From NCBI RefSeq assembly GCF_902713615.1, contig NC_052150.1:72967790-73031789 (forward strand): a stretch of 64,000 nt of DNA. The letters are read 5' to 3'. Origin of the DNA: Scyliorhinus canicula. Lineage: Eukaryota. A program made the translations under genes and the position numbers. The stretch's first letter is position 1; every line of letters starts with the position of its first letter. The notes beneath the pieces are model-generated. The model saw only the letters and a program-made list of their open reading frames with translations, was not told where the DNA came from and did not search any database. This document shows, one piece after another, positions 23,845-35,776 of the stretch.

Positions 23845-26800
23845 TGTTATAACCCCCATGAGACCCACGGAGAAATCATTATCCATCATCCCGTGGGGTT
23901 CAAGAAGTAAGAGATTCTCAAGTAGGGCGGCAGAGGTTGGGCTTGTTAGAACTGAATATAAAAGCTGGCCCAAGCAGGGACCGGGGAGTTGGTTGTCCCA
24001 ACAGGGACTATGATTGTGGATAGTTGATGCCATGGGCAGATTATTGTAAACAGTAAAATAACTCTTTTACTTCCTACCGGTGGCTTCCTCAGTCATTAAG
24101 CTGGTGACAAGGACTAAGGAGACTCCGGGTACGCTTTTCGAAATGCCCAGCCACCCTGAACGACTACCATGCAGGACGTGAGGATATAAAAGTTTGAATG
24201 TGCCACGACTTGGTAAGCTACAGACTTTATATGCGGGACTGGAAGATTAGAGCCGATCTCTTGAAAGTAGGAGGTACTTTTTGCAGGCCAGTGGCATAGA
24301 ACATAGAACAGTACAGCACAGAACAGGCCCTTCGGCCCTCGATGTTGTGCCGAGCAATGATCATCCTACTCAAACCCACGTATCTACCCTATACCCGTAA
24401 CCCAACAACCCCCCCCTTAACCTTACTTTTTTAGGACACTACGGGCAATTTAGCATAGCCAATCCACCTAACCCGCACATCTTTGGACTGTGGGAGGAAA
24501 CCGGAGCACCCGGAGGAAACCCACGCACACAGGGGGAGGACGTGCAGACTCCACACAGACAGTGACCCAGCCGGGAATCGAACCTGGGACCCTGGAGCTG
24601 TGAAGCATTTATGCTAACCACCATGCTACCCTGCTGCCCCATCTTGGGGGATGACCATCAGAAAGTGATCCTCCTGACCATCCACAGGGCCCCAACTTGT
24701 AAAAAGTCTTACTTACACAACTTCACCAGAATCCAAATTGTTTGATGAGTTGATTGCACTAGTGGCCGAACATTATAATCCAAAACTTTCCGTTATAATG
24801 CAACATTATAGTTTCAATGCAGCTACGCAGTCTCCGGGTGAGTCGTTCACTGACTTTTTGACCCACCTTAGGCGACTGGCAGAGCACTGCATGTTTGGGC
24901 TGTCCCTTTCGGAAATGTTGAGTGATAGACTGGTGTGTGGAATAAATAACATAAAGAAAGCGGTTGGCGGAGCCCACGTTAGTTTGATGGCCCATTTCAA
25001 GTCTGTCACTATCCTGTAAAAATGCAGAGAAAGGGGTGGTGGAGCTTTCAGGGGTCCAGGGACTATGGCATTCATAGTTTGGCCTGCGCTCCGTATCGGA
25101 CTCCTACCACATCACAGGGCAGTGCCAGACTGGTCAGATCACCTCCCAAGGGATAAGCCATTGCGCAATTCTGCAGTCAGGCCCAATACCCGGAAAGCAC
25201 TGCAGACCTGCGGGATACCTCCTCTAAGGGTGATGGGGAGAGCCAGCTAGATTGCCAGATGTGTGGTCGGAGGGAACATGGTGGTCAGAGCTGCCAGATT
25301 CGGCAAAGAGATGCTGTCCATTGCAGCCGCGAAGATCGCCACGAGTCAGGGCCTTGCACGTGACCCCTCTAGATGAAGAGGACTGAATGATGCAGTTGAA
25401 CTGCAACACGGCCCAGAAGCTGACTCCGATCAGAGTCAGATTGCAAGTGTACAAGCATCCATTTCCATTATGAACCGCCAGACCTTTCACCGGCTTTGTG
25501 CAGGGACCTTATTTTTGACATTGCAAGACGCCAAGGTGACGTCTATACCACGAACCGTTGAGCATTGTGGGGACCACCATGGCTCCGGTCACATAGACAG
25601 CAATCCATCAGGCTGTCCTTGGTCGTGGTACAGGGACACAATCCGCTGGCGCGTGATTGGTTGAGAGTCCTCCGTTTTAACTGGCAACAGATTTTCGGGA
25701 AGGGCACCGGGAATTGATACGACGCCCTGGGCAAATACCCTGAAGTGTTGAAGTGTTCCAGAAGGGTCTGGGCAGGATAAAGGGGGCCACAGCCTGTATT
25801 TTTGTGGACCCGGAGGCTCAACCCAGATACTTTAGGACAAGGCTTGCCCTATGCCATGCTCGCCAAAGTTGACACGGAACTACAGTGACTACAGGATCGG
25901 AGAATCATATGCGGAGTACAGTTTGCAGAGTGGGCTTCACCCCGTGGTGCCGGTAATGAAGACGGTCAAGTCTGTCCAGCTCTGCAGGGATTACAAGCTC
26001 ATGGTAAACAGGGCTTCATGCCTGGACCGTTACCTGATGTGGGATATTTATACATAAGACTGGCTGGAGGGTGTTCCTTTACGAAGCTTGATATGAGCAA
26101 TGCCTATTTACAGATGGAGCTGGACCCCGCATACAGGAAATGTGCATGTATAAACACTCAGAGGGTTATTTGAATACACCGTGTCCCGTTCAGGATCTCC
26201 TCTATCCTGGCAATCTTCCAATAACTGATGGGGCGTATTTTTCAAGGTCTGCTGTATAAGATGATGTGCTCATGCGGGTGTCGCCGATAAGGAAGTGATC
26301 AGACAGTTCTCCCAAGTGGTGTCAGGCTGACAAGGAACAAGTACGTGTTCAGAATGAAAGCAGTAACTTATTTGGGCTACAGGGTGGGCAGAGGCAGCTT
26401 ATACCCAGAGAAGGAGGAAGTTCAGGTCATAAAAGAGGCCCCAACTGTAAGGAACAGCACTGAACTCCAGTTATTTTTAGGCCAGGTGAATTATTTTGGG
26501 AAATTCATCTCCAACTTTCCCACCCTATTGGCAGCCCTTCACATAATGCGAAACAATGATCATAAGTGGGTTTGGGGTGCCAGAGTGAAAAAACGTCTAT
26601 CGTCCTCACTCATTATGATCCAGCTCGATCGCTAATGCTAACGTGCAATGTCTCACCCTCTGGAATCCGGGCGGTGCTGCCCACTGATGGGATGACGGCA
26701 TGGAGTGCCCTACTGTTTTTGCTTCAAGGACCCTGCAGACATGGAACAACGTTATGTTCAAATAGAGAAGGAAGGCTTGGTGGTGATATTTGGAGTCAAG

Positions 26801-28719
26801 AAATACGTCGACGGGTAGCACCTCCATTGTGACTGATCACAATCCGCTGCTGGGCTTCTTTAGGGAGAACAAAGGGGTTCCACCAATTACATCAGCCTCG
26901 ATTCAACGTTGGGTGCATCTGCTCACTGCGTAAGAGTATTTATTCCAACACCATCCAGGTACACAGATAGCCCACGCTGATGCCCTTAGTCATCTCACAT
27001 TGCCCAGGAGTTCCCTGTTCCCACCAGTGGCGGACGAAGCAGTTGTAACCCTCAATTTTATGTATACTCTACCTGTCACGGCTCCTCAGGATCGAACATG
27101 GAGTCAATGGGATCCTAAACTGGCAAAGCTTTGCCACATGTTTTTAAATGGGGGATTACAGGGGAGCCCCCCCTTCCCCCCTCCCCCCGTCCCGGCCCCA
27201 AGTAGCCCTACAGCCTTATGCCCAGAAACTCCAAGAGCTATGCGTGGAGGGCGGTATCACAGTATGGGGCGCTTGCATGGTCATTTCACCTCAGGGTCAG
27301 GAGTCCCTCCTGAGAAATCTACACAGTGGTCACACAGACACCTCAAAGATGAAGATGCTGGCTCGGAGCTATATCTGGTGGCCTGGCATCATCAGAGACA
27401 TGGGGCAGGTCATAAGCAGTTGTCTGGTGTGTCAAGAGTACCAAAGGCTCCCGCTGGCACCCTCTCTTTATCCCTAGGAATGGCCAGGACATTCACAAAT
27501 GAGAATGCATGTAGACTTCACAGGGCCTTTCAAGGGGTCCACGTTCCTCATTATCGTGGACGCCCACTCAAAATTACATCAAGGGCCACCGTCAAGAAGC
27601 TGAGGTGCTCGTTCAGTACTTATGATATCCCATTGACAACGGACAATTGGAGGCTGTTCATGAGCGAGAGGTTTGCCACTGTTGCAAAACAGAATGGCAT
27701 CCAGCACCATACTATTCCTCATCTAACTACCTGGTGGACAAAGCAGTCCAGACATTCAAAAGGAACATAAAAAAGCGGACCACAGTCCATTGACACAGGA
27801 CTAGCATGGTTTCTTTTTAACTACCGGGCAATGCCCCACAACGGCGACAGTGTTTGCACCAGCATAACTGCTGATGGGCCGCAGGCTTTTGAACCCGGAC
27901 TTTCTCCAGCCTAGGCAGGAAAGTGGAGGTTCAGCAAGAAACACAGAAGCAGCACCGTGACAGTTGGGCTTCAGGCTGGAAGTTTCAATCGGGGGATACA
28001 GTCTATGCCCGCAATTTTGGAGACAGGGTACTCTGGCTCCCAGTAGTCATGCTCGAGAGACTGGGGCCATCTCCTATACAGTTAAGATTCAAGGGAAAAT
28101 CGAACGGAAGCATGTGGACCACTTCAAGAAGTGAGTGCTCGTACTAGACAACCCCCAACCAACGACGTCAATGTCTCCACCGTGCCGAGAACCACCCCTC
28201 AGCCAGAGGACACAACCTGCCATGACCCAATGACTGGACTAGCAAGAAGAAGATGACTCTGGCTCAGATATGGACACAGAAGCATCCACGCAGACGGAAG
28301 ATGTCATGTCCGGGGCCACGGCTCCCGTGATAGCCCTCGGTCAAGTAGAAAAAGGTGGTCAACAAACCGGTATACACCGCCCGACCCAGAACCGCCACAC
28401 ATACGAGCTCAGCCTCGGACAATGTGGCCCAGAAGGCTCCCATTAATGAGGGCAGAGGGATAATCTTCGGACTTTGGGGGACGGGATGTCATCGATTTTG
28501 TCATGAGACCTCTGGAGTAAGAGCTTCCCAGGTAGGGGGCGGAAGCCACCCAGCTGGGGCTTGTTAGAACTGAACATAAAAGCCGGCCCACGCAGGGCTC
28601 AAGGAGCTGTTTGCCCCAACAGGGGCTGTGATTGTGGATCGTTACTGCTGTGGGCAGATTATTGTAAATAGTAAAATAAATCTTCTGCTTCCCATCGCTG
28701 GCTTCCTCGGTCATCAAAA
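23845..28719 (+). mobile_element. Decayed full-length Gypsy LTR retrotransposon
   Basis: LTRs at 23845-24100 and 28487-28719, 4-bp TSD CGTT, PBS tggtgacaagga, polypurine tract before the 3' LTR; gag (LRRLAEHC..DRLVCGI), RT (PVVPVMK..LCRDYK), RNase H and integrase (LHSGH..ARSYIWWPGI..CLVCQ) fragments in Gypsy order. Confidence 0.9.
24296..24639 (-). mobile_element. Young HE1-like SINE with CR1 tail, inserted into Gypsy gag
   Basis: Near-identical to 11969-12313; both give the same 61-aa spurious translation. Confidence 0.93.
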
Positions 28720-28984
28720 CGTTGAGATAATGTTGTACAAAAGCAACATGTCAGTTCCAAGGTCAAGGAAAATACAATAATTTGATTTTCATTATGCATC
28801 TTTGATCAAAATTGAAGACAGTTCTTTATTTTCATTTTGTAGTTAACAGAGTTCAGAATATAAATATGATTTTCCCATACCTAATATGCCTAAAGGAAAC
28901 AATGGTTTATTTGCAAACGTTCTGACTCATGGTGTACTGAAAAAAAAGTCAACATATATTGATTGAATTTTATTCGTTCTTGCA

Positions 28985-29660
28985 ATATGGGCATCTCTGA
29001 CAATGCCAGCATTTATTGCCCAGCCTTATTTTTTTCTATTCATTTACAGGATGTGGGCATCGCTGGTTAGGCCAGCATTTATTGCCCATCCCTAGTTGTC
29101 CTTCAGAAACTGATGGTCAGCCACCTTCTTGAACTGTTACAGTCAATCTGGTGAAGGTACGCCCACAGTGCTGTTAGGTAGGGAGTTACAGGACTTGCAC
29201 CCAATAGCAGTGAAGCAATAATGATAGGTTGCAAGTGGGATTTGCAAGTAGTGGTGTTAGACCATGCATTTGCTGCCCTTGTCTTTCTAGGTGATAGAGC
29301 TTCTGGGTCTGGAATGTGTTGTTCAAGGAGCCTTGGCAAGTTGCCACAGAGCATCCTGTAGATGGCACAGACTGCTCCTTCTTTGTGTCAATGGTGGAGA
29401 GGGTGAATGTTTAAGCTGAGGGATGGTATTGAGCTTCTTAAGTGCTGGTAGAGCTGCACTATTCAGCCAGGCAAGTGGAGAGTATTCCATTACACTCCTG
29501 TCTTGTGCCTTTGGGGAGTCAGGAGGCGAGTTACTTGGCACAGAATTCCCAGCCTCTGACCTGTTCTTGTAGCCAAATTAATTTTTATGGTTGGTCCAGT
29601 TAAGTATTGAGTTAGTAATCAACCCGAGAATGTTGATTGTATGGGATTTATGATAGTAAT
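28985..29660 (-). mobile_element. 3' fragment of the same LINE family as 50193-53405
   Basis: ggatgtgggcatcgc..ggccagcatttattgcccatccctagttg tail; peptide MEYSPLAW. Confidence 0.75.
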
Positions 29661-29917
29661 GACATTCATTAAAAAGTTCAAACAGAAAAGAACCTTGGGC
29701 AACCCAGAGAAGCTTCATTAATTTGAAAATTTGCCAATGGCAGTATTTCAGAACTGATAAACTTAAAAATGTCCATTCCCAGGGGCTATTCACATAAAAA
29801 GAAAGTACACCACCTCAGATTTATCATGAGAACCAATTCATAGAATAATACACAATATCTTTCCTTTTAAAAAAACACGTTTGGTGCAATAAACTGCAAT
29901 ACTTGTCATAACTTTAC

Positions 29918-30119
29918 CGGTGTAAAGTGCCAATGCTCCAACACAAATATATTCCAGCTCAGAATTGATCTTTGATTCCAAATCCCGATAGTAAAGAATC
30001 TGGAACTCAAACTCAGATAACAGAGGGCTCCCTTTCATAAAGTCTTGAATGGTCTCTTCCCTCTCTCTCTGCCAGATGTGGTGGTAACATTTGAACTGTT
30101 CGAGAGCAGTGAGAACGTC
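29918..30119 (-). CDS. DNAH5: DNAH5 exon, 202 nt
   Basis: PLLSEFEFQILYYRDLESKINSELEYICVGALALYT; ttag|GAC acceptor, G|gtaaa donor. Confidence 0.92.
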
Positions 30120-30209
30120 CTAAAGAAAAGGTGAGAAATATGGTTAGCAAACAGGGGCTGAGGAAATGCTGCTACTTCGTTTGCACAACAGAGTTCACAC
30201 TAAAAGTAT

Positions 30210-30470
30210 TCTGTGGTCACTCAGCTTGTTCAGGTGGGCGTTGAAGAACTCATGGCACTATTCAAAGATGAGCTGGTGAGGTCTCTTGATGTCCTGGCCA
30301 ACATTTATCCCTCAATGGGCAACATTTTAATTAGTCATCTCTACCTTTTGTGGGATCCTGCTGGGGCTATCTGCACACAAAATAACTCAGACTGCATTTC
30401 AAAATAACTATGGCTGTCAAGTGCCATGGGACATCCTGAAGAAGGGAAGGCTACAGACTAAACATCTTCT
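30210..30470 (+). mobile_element. Old Deu-domain SINE fragment (SacSINE1/AmnSINE1-like)
   Basis: catggcactatt...gtcctggccaacatttatccctcaa core; aligns to the 31720 copy. Confidence 0.6.
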
Positions 30471-30548
30471 TTCTGCCTCTCTTTGCATGGGTGAACTCAG
30501 TGGCTCACTTTACACTCCATTCCGATTTACCTATTATTCTTCATGTGG

Positions 30549-30752
30549 GGTAACTGTTAACTCAGTTGGCTAGGTGGCAAGAGTGCGATGCAGATGACCC
30601 CAATGATGCGGGTTGAATCCTCATACTGGCTTTGGTATTTCATAGAGGACTTGCCTCCTAGCCTTGCTCCACGCTTGCACAGTGGTGCTCCTCAAGCTAC
30701 AAGTTGCCAAAATTCCCTTAATTGGGAGAGCTGCCAATTCGGGAGTATGGCT
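30549..30752 (+). mobile_element. Old tRNA-derived SINE (separate family)
   Basis: Degenerate A box (taactcagttgg) and B box (gggttgaatcc). Confidence 0.45.
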
Positions 30753-30902
30753 AGGTGCATTATTCTTCATTAATTTCACGGCATTGCAATGATTTAAAAT
30801 ATCAAAGTGTTAGGTAACATCGTATCAATTCATCATGCTTGCTGCTGTTAAATATTTGATCTAGGTTTATGAAATTTAATGTCAATTGCTTGTTATAACA
30901 GA

Positions 30903-31535
30903 GGCCGGGATGCTCCTTTCCAGGGACTAAGGCCCACGCCAGTGGGAAGACCGGCGCCAACAACTCCGGCGTCAACGGGCCCCCAGGGTGAGGAACTCTC
31001 ACCTGTCTCGGGGGCGAGGTGGACGCCGGACGGGTTGGCGCCGCTCCAGCCTGTGCCGAAGGGACTGCGCGAGTTCGCGCATGCGCCAGCGTGATCTCGC
31101 GCATGCGGGGAATCGCCGGCGTGTTCTCTTCTATGTGCCAGCCATGGCGGAGTCCTTCAGGGGCCGGCGCGGAAGGAAGTAGTACCCCCACGGCACAGGC
31201 CCGCCCGCAGATTGTTGGGCCCCGATCGTGGGCCAGGTCACCGTGGGAGGTCAGATCCCCTCGCGCCCCCCTGAGGACCGCCCCATCCGACTTACCTGCC
31301 AGATCCCGCCGTGTGGAACCATATGTAACCCACGCCAGCGGGACAGGCCAAAAACTGATGGCTGCTCGGCCCTTTGGGGCCCAGAGAATTACCAACGGCC
31401 CCTGACCGGCGTGGCATGAACCCCGCTCCTGCCCAAAAAACGGCGCCGGAGAATACGGCAGTCGGCGGCAGAGCTTGATTCGCCCCGCCCCCCCGGGGAT
31501 TCTCCGACCCGGCGGGGGGTTGGAGAATCCCGCCC
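30903..31535. mobile_element. CpG-rich MITE (Harbinger-type)
   Basis: TIR ggccgggatgctcc / ggagaatcccgccc; 3-bp TSD AGA. Confidence 0.8.
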
Positions 31536-31719
31536 AGAATGTTTCAAAGCATGTTGTGAGCATAAAAATGCAGAAAGAACCACATTTTGCATTTATATGG
31601 AGCCTGAATGGAATAAAATGTCCCAAGAGATATCACAAGGATGTTGTAAAGCAAAATTTGACACCTAAACACATAGGGAGGTATTAGAACAGATGACTAA
31701 TAGGTTAGGCAAACAGGCT

Positions 31720-32155
31720 GTATGTCAGCAGTGACACAGTTAGTCACACTTTTACCTCTGAGCTACAAGGATCTGGGTTCAAGTCCTTTTCTAGGGCGGG
31801 TTTGACATTCCAGTATGGTACTGAGGGAGTGCGATATTGTCTTTTGAATGAGATGTTAAACTGAGGTCCCATCTATCTGCTGGGATGGATATAAAAGATC
31901 CCAAAGCATTATTTTGGAGACATGCAGTGGGGTTATCCGCAGAGTACAGGTCAACATTTATCCCTCAATCAACATCACAATAACAGATTATCTCGACATT
32001 ACCACATTGCTGTTTCTGGGAGCTAGCCACATGCAAATTGGCTGCTGCATTTCCTACACAACGGTGGCTACACATCAAAAGCTCCTTCACTTGCATGAAG
32101 TGCTTTGAGACATACAGTGGTATTGAAAAGCACAACATAATTACTTTCTTTCTTT
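31720..32155 (+). mobile_element. Deu-domain SINE (SacSINE1-like), full length
   Basis: tRNA head (gggttcaagtcc) plus gagatgttaaactgagg..aaaagatccca..catttatccctcaa..gcaaattggctg core. Confidence 0.7.
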
Positions 32156-32159
32156 TTAA

Positions 32160-33690
32160 GGAGAATCTCAAATGAGGATAGAGAAGTAAAGTGATGGAGA
32201 GGTTTTGAGAAGAGAATTTCAGAGCTTGTGGCTCAGGCAGCTAAAAACACTGCCACCAATGTAATTACAATTGGGGATGTTCAGGCAACCACAATTGGGG
32301 GAGTGTAGGTTTCTGGGCAGGTTGGAGTTGGAGGCGTGGATGAAGATTTCAGCAGCAGGTTAGCTGTGGCAAGGGGGGAAATGGATAATTGTGGAAACAG
32401 GTGGTTTTAGTGATGGCGCGGAAGTTCATCTCAGGGTCAAATATGATGTCATGGTTGCAAACAGTCTAGTTCAACCTCAGACAATTGCCAGGGGGAGGAT
32501 GGAGTGGGTGGCTAGAGAATGATGTTTGTAGCAGGTATCGGAGACAATGGCTTTGTTCTTCATAGAGTCACGGAGGTTTACAGCATGGAAACAGGCCCTT
32601 TGGCCCAACTTATCCATGCCGCCCAGTTTTTACCACTAAGCTAGTCCCAATTGCCCGCATTTGGCCCATATCCCTCTGTACCCGTCTTACCATATAACTG
32701 TCTAAATGCTTTTTAAAAGTCAAAATTGTACCCACCTCTACTACTGTCTCTGGCAGTTCGTCCCAGACACTCACCACCCTCTGTGTGAAAAAATTGCCCT
32801 TCTCATATGCTTTTGTATCTCTCCCCTTAATCCTATGCCCTCTAAATTTGGACTCTCCTTCCTTTGGGAAAAGATGTTGACTATTTACCGTAACTATGCC
32901 CCTCATTATTTTGTAGACCTCATTAAGTTCACCCATAAACCTCCTACCCTCCAAGGAAAAAAGTCACAGTCTATCCAGCCTCTGCTCATAACTTCTTCAC
33001 AATATTTAATTGAAGGAGATTTTTCCTCATCTCCTGTTGGACATTAGGCAAGCAGTCTGATAGTGGAGAAGTCAAGAGAAGTGATAATGAGCTAGTGTTG
33101 GATGACACCATTGCACATTTGAAAACTAAAGTATTTTTGGACGATGTTACCAAAGGGCAGCATGTAGATGAGAAAAAGGTGAGCCAAGAATAGGTCTTGG
33201 GAGAGCCCAGAAGTAACCATGTGGGAGTGGGAAGAGAAACCATTTCAGGTGATCCTATGACAAGATTTGATAGACAGGAATAGAACTAAGTGACTGCAGT
33301 CCCCACTGGGATAGATGACGGTGGCAAAGCGATGGAGGAAGATGGTGTGGTCAACAATGTCAAAGATTGCAGACAGTTTGAGAAAGATGAGGATGGATAG
33401 GTTTACCTATGTCACCGTCACATAGTATGTAATTTACAACTTGGATAAGAACCATTTGTGTAATGTGACATGGACACATCAGAGGAATTCAAACAGATTT
33501 CCTGCACAAATGGGCACAGATTTGGGAGGTAACAACCATTCAAGGACCTTGGAGGGAAAAGAGAGGTTGGAGATGGACTGGTAAATTCCAAAGATGATGG
33601 GGTCAATATCAACTAACATGGAAGGCAGAAAGGACATTTTGCCAGCGGTTTACTGGGTATAAGGTCAAGGGAGCAGGAGGTGCGTCTCTG
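32160..33690 (-). mobile_element. Decayed L2-like LINE, interrupted by a CR1 piece
   Basis: Minus-strand RT remnant LFLIYMLPFGNIVQK near 33130-33180. Confidence 0.55.
32561..32992 (-). mobile_element. CR1 LINE 3' fragment
   Basis: EVYKIMRG...FFTQRVVSVWDELP and a CR1 3' tail. Confidence 0.88.
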
Positions 33691-33779
33691 GGCATGAGGG
33701 GAGAAGGAGAGAATAAAGTACAATAATGGTTTTGAGTTAGCAGGTGCATTACACAAGTGAGGTTTAAAGCCGTGTTTTT

Positions 33780-34312
33780 TTCAGTGCCTCTTTCTGGGAT
33801 GTTCTCTAGCTTCCAGGCAGGGGTGTCTTCTATGGGGGCTCCCAGGTGACAGTCTCCCTAATTAGCAGGGTCTCTGGCAGGGGTCTTTCTAATTAGAGGG
33901 GTCTCTGGCAGGGGTCTCTCTAATTAGGGGGTCTCTGGTGGGAGTCTCTCTAATCGGGGGGTCTCGCTAATTGGGGGTCTCTGGTGGGGGAGTGATGGGG
34001 GTGGGGTGGGCAGGTCTTACATTGTGGGAGGATTGGGGGAGTGGCCCTCCGATGGACTTCGGGGGCAACTGCCTTAAAGAGTTACCCCGTGGCCCACCGC
34101 AAGGTCCACTGCGTCAAGGCTATGTTTATCAAGAGCTACTCTAGTTCTCATGGTTTAAGACCAATTTGCATCCTCCTGCAGGCGTGGGGCATCAATCGTG
34201 ATCCCGATACCAGCGGGAGACCGGAGCATCGGAATGGGATTGGTTTTTTAACCTGTCGCTGGATTCTCCGCCCAACTGGGAACTCCACTACTGGAGGTGT
34301 AGAATCCAGCCC
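33780..34312. mobile_element. Truncated MITE with an internal ~30-bp tandem repeat
   Basis: Right end agaatccagccc; units like ctaattagggggtctctggcaggggtctct at 33855-33990. Confidence 0.5.
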
Positions 34313-35308
34313 AATGATGAATGGAATTGTAAATTACCAGAATCCGCTCATAAGGTCGCCAAAGGAACCGAGAACTGGGCTGTAAAATTTTATTGAAGAA
34401 ATGCTACAGGGAGCGCCGACAAAAAGCATACTTATTAGTTGCAGCACAATAAATTATATGCTCTATTTGCCTGCATTTTAAATCACACTTTTTTTTATTT
34501 CACCCTCTGCAATGTATCTCAGTTTTCGGGGACTCGGGTGAAGCTGTTAGAGAGTTGAGTCCATTGAGCATTTATGTGGTCTTTTAATAGAATGAAATCT
34601 AATTTTGAGGTTTGCCGGTGTCTCAATTTTTAAACTTTATATTGATTTATATCATGTGGTTTAGGAGAGATGAGAAGTAAACTACACTGCCAACTGGGAA
34701 GGCAGTCTACTCTCAATAGTTACAGCTGATTTTGATGGGCCAAACACAATTGTAGAAATGAAGAAGCACAAAGTCTTCATTCAAGCATTCCACATCATCC
34801 TGCATCAAGTGAACATGAGTGTACTCCAAAAAAGAACATGGCAAAACAGCACTTCTGGCTCCAATTTGAACATTCAATTGTGAAAGTAACAACAATAATT
34901 TAAAAGACAAGTTGGTCATATTTTTGATCAACATTATGTCAGAATAAACAAACTTTAAAACAGAATCTTATAAATGTGGTATTTCTTACCGTATTAGGAA
35001 ATTTGATGTTCAACAAACATCAAACTACTTTTTTTACAGTGAGTGAAAATGTTCAGCAGAATTATGGACTGAGAACAACATTACAAAGCCAGTTAAACCT
35101 TATTTAAAAATGTGGAACTTTTTCATGGGTTTTTATACAGCAAGACAAAAGCTGGAATTTCGGCAGCAATGTGCATTCCCAATGTTGTCACCAGACTATG
35201 CACCATTTTTGCTCTTTCTCATTATTCTCTGTCCCACATGATATAATTAAAATTCTAGGAATTTATAGGCTCAGCCGGCCCTCCTTTCTATGCATTGTAG
35301 AAGACATT

Positions 35309-35776
35309 GGGCGCGATCTTCCCAAAAGGGAACAAAGTTCCCGAGCGAGCGTGTTTAGCCACGTGTTTCCCAGCACTCGCAGTGCCGAGAAATACTTGGC
35401 TATTCAACGCAACTCGCTTTAAATAAGGGGCCTAAACGGGGAACACGCGACTAAGGCTGCACATAGCCCTGGTTTTACAATGGTGAGCTCTGCTCGCCGG
35501 AACGCCCGTTTTAAAATGGCATCCCGATCCCAGGCCCACAAAGAAATCCCAACCTCCCCCCGGCACGAATGCAACATGGGAGGGTCCCCCAGATTTGCCA
35601 AAAACTGATTCCGCCCATTGTGGGCGAGATTCCCCTTGCAAGATCTTGTGAGATTGTTGTATCTCACAAGTTGAGAGCCAGGTAGCTCCCGGGAGCCGGG
35701 TCTCCCGGCTTTCACCGGTCATACTGCACCGCAGCGTGATGCTTTTCTGGCACAGTGTGGCCGGAAGATTGCGCCC
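35309..35776. mobile_element. MITE (Harbinger-type)
   Basis: TIR gggcgcgatcttcc / ggaagattgcgccc; 3-bp TSD ATT. Confidence 0.82.

Noticed and set aside
30802-31626. Long ORFs over the GC-rich blocks (also 52587-53220, 58052-58882, 38486-39101)
   Set aside because: They are overlapping stop-poor frames inside MITEs with TIRs, with no recognisable protein motifs. The blocks are not promoter CpG islands either.
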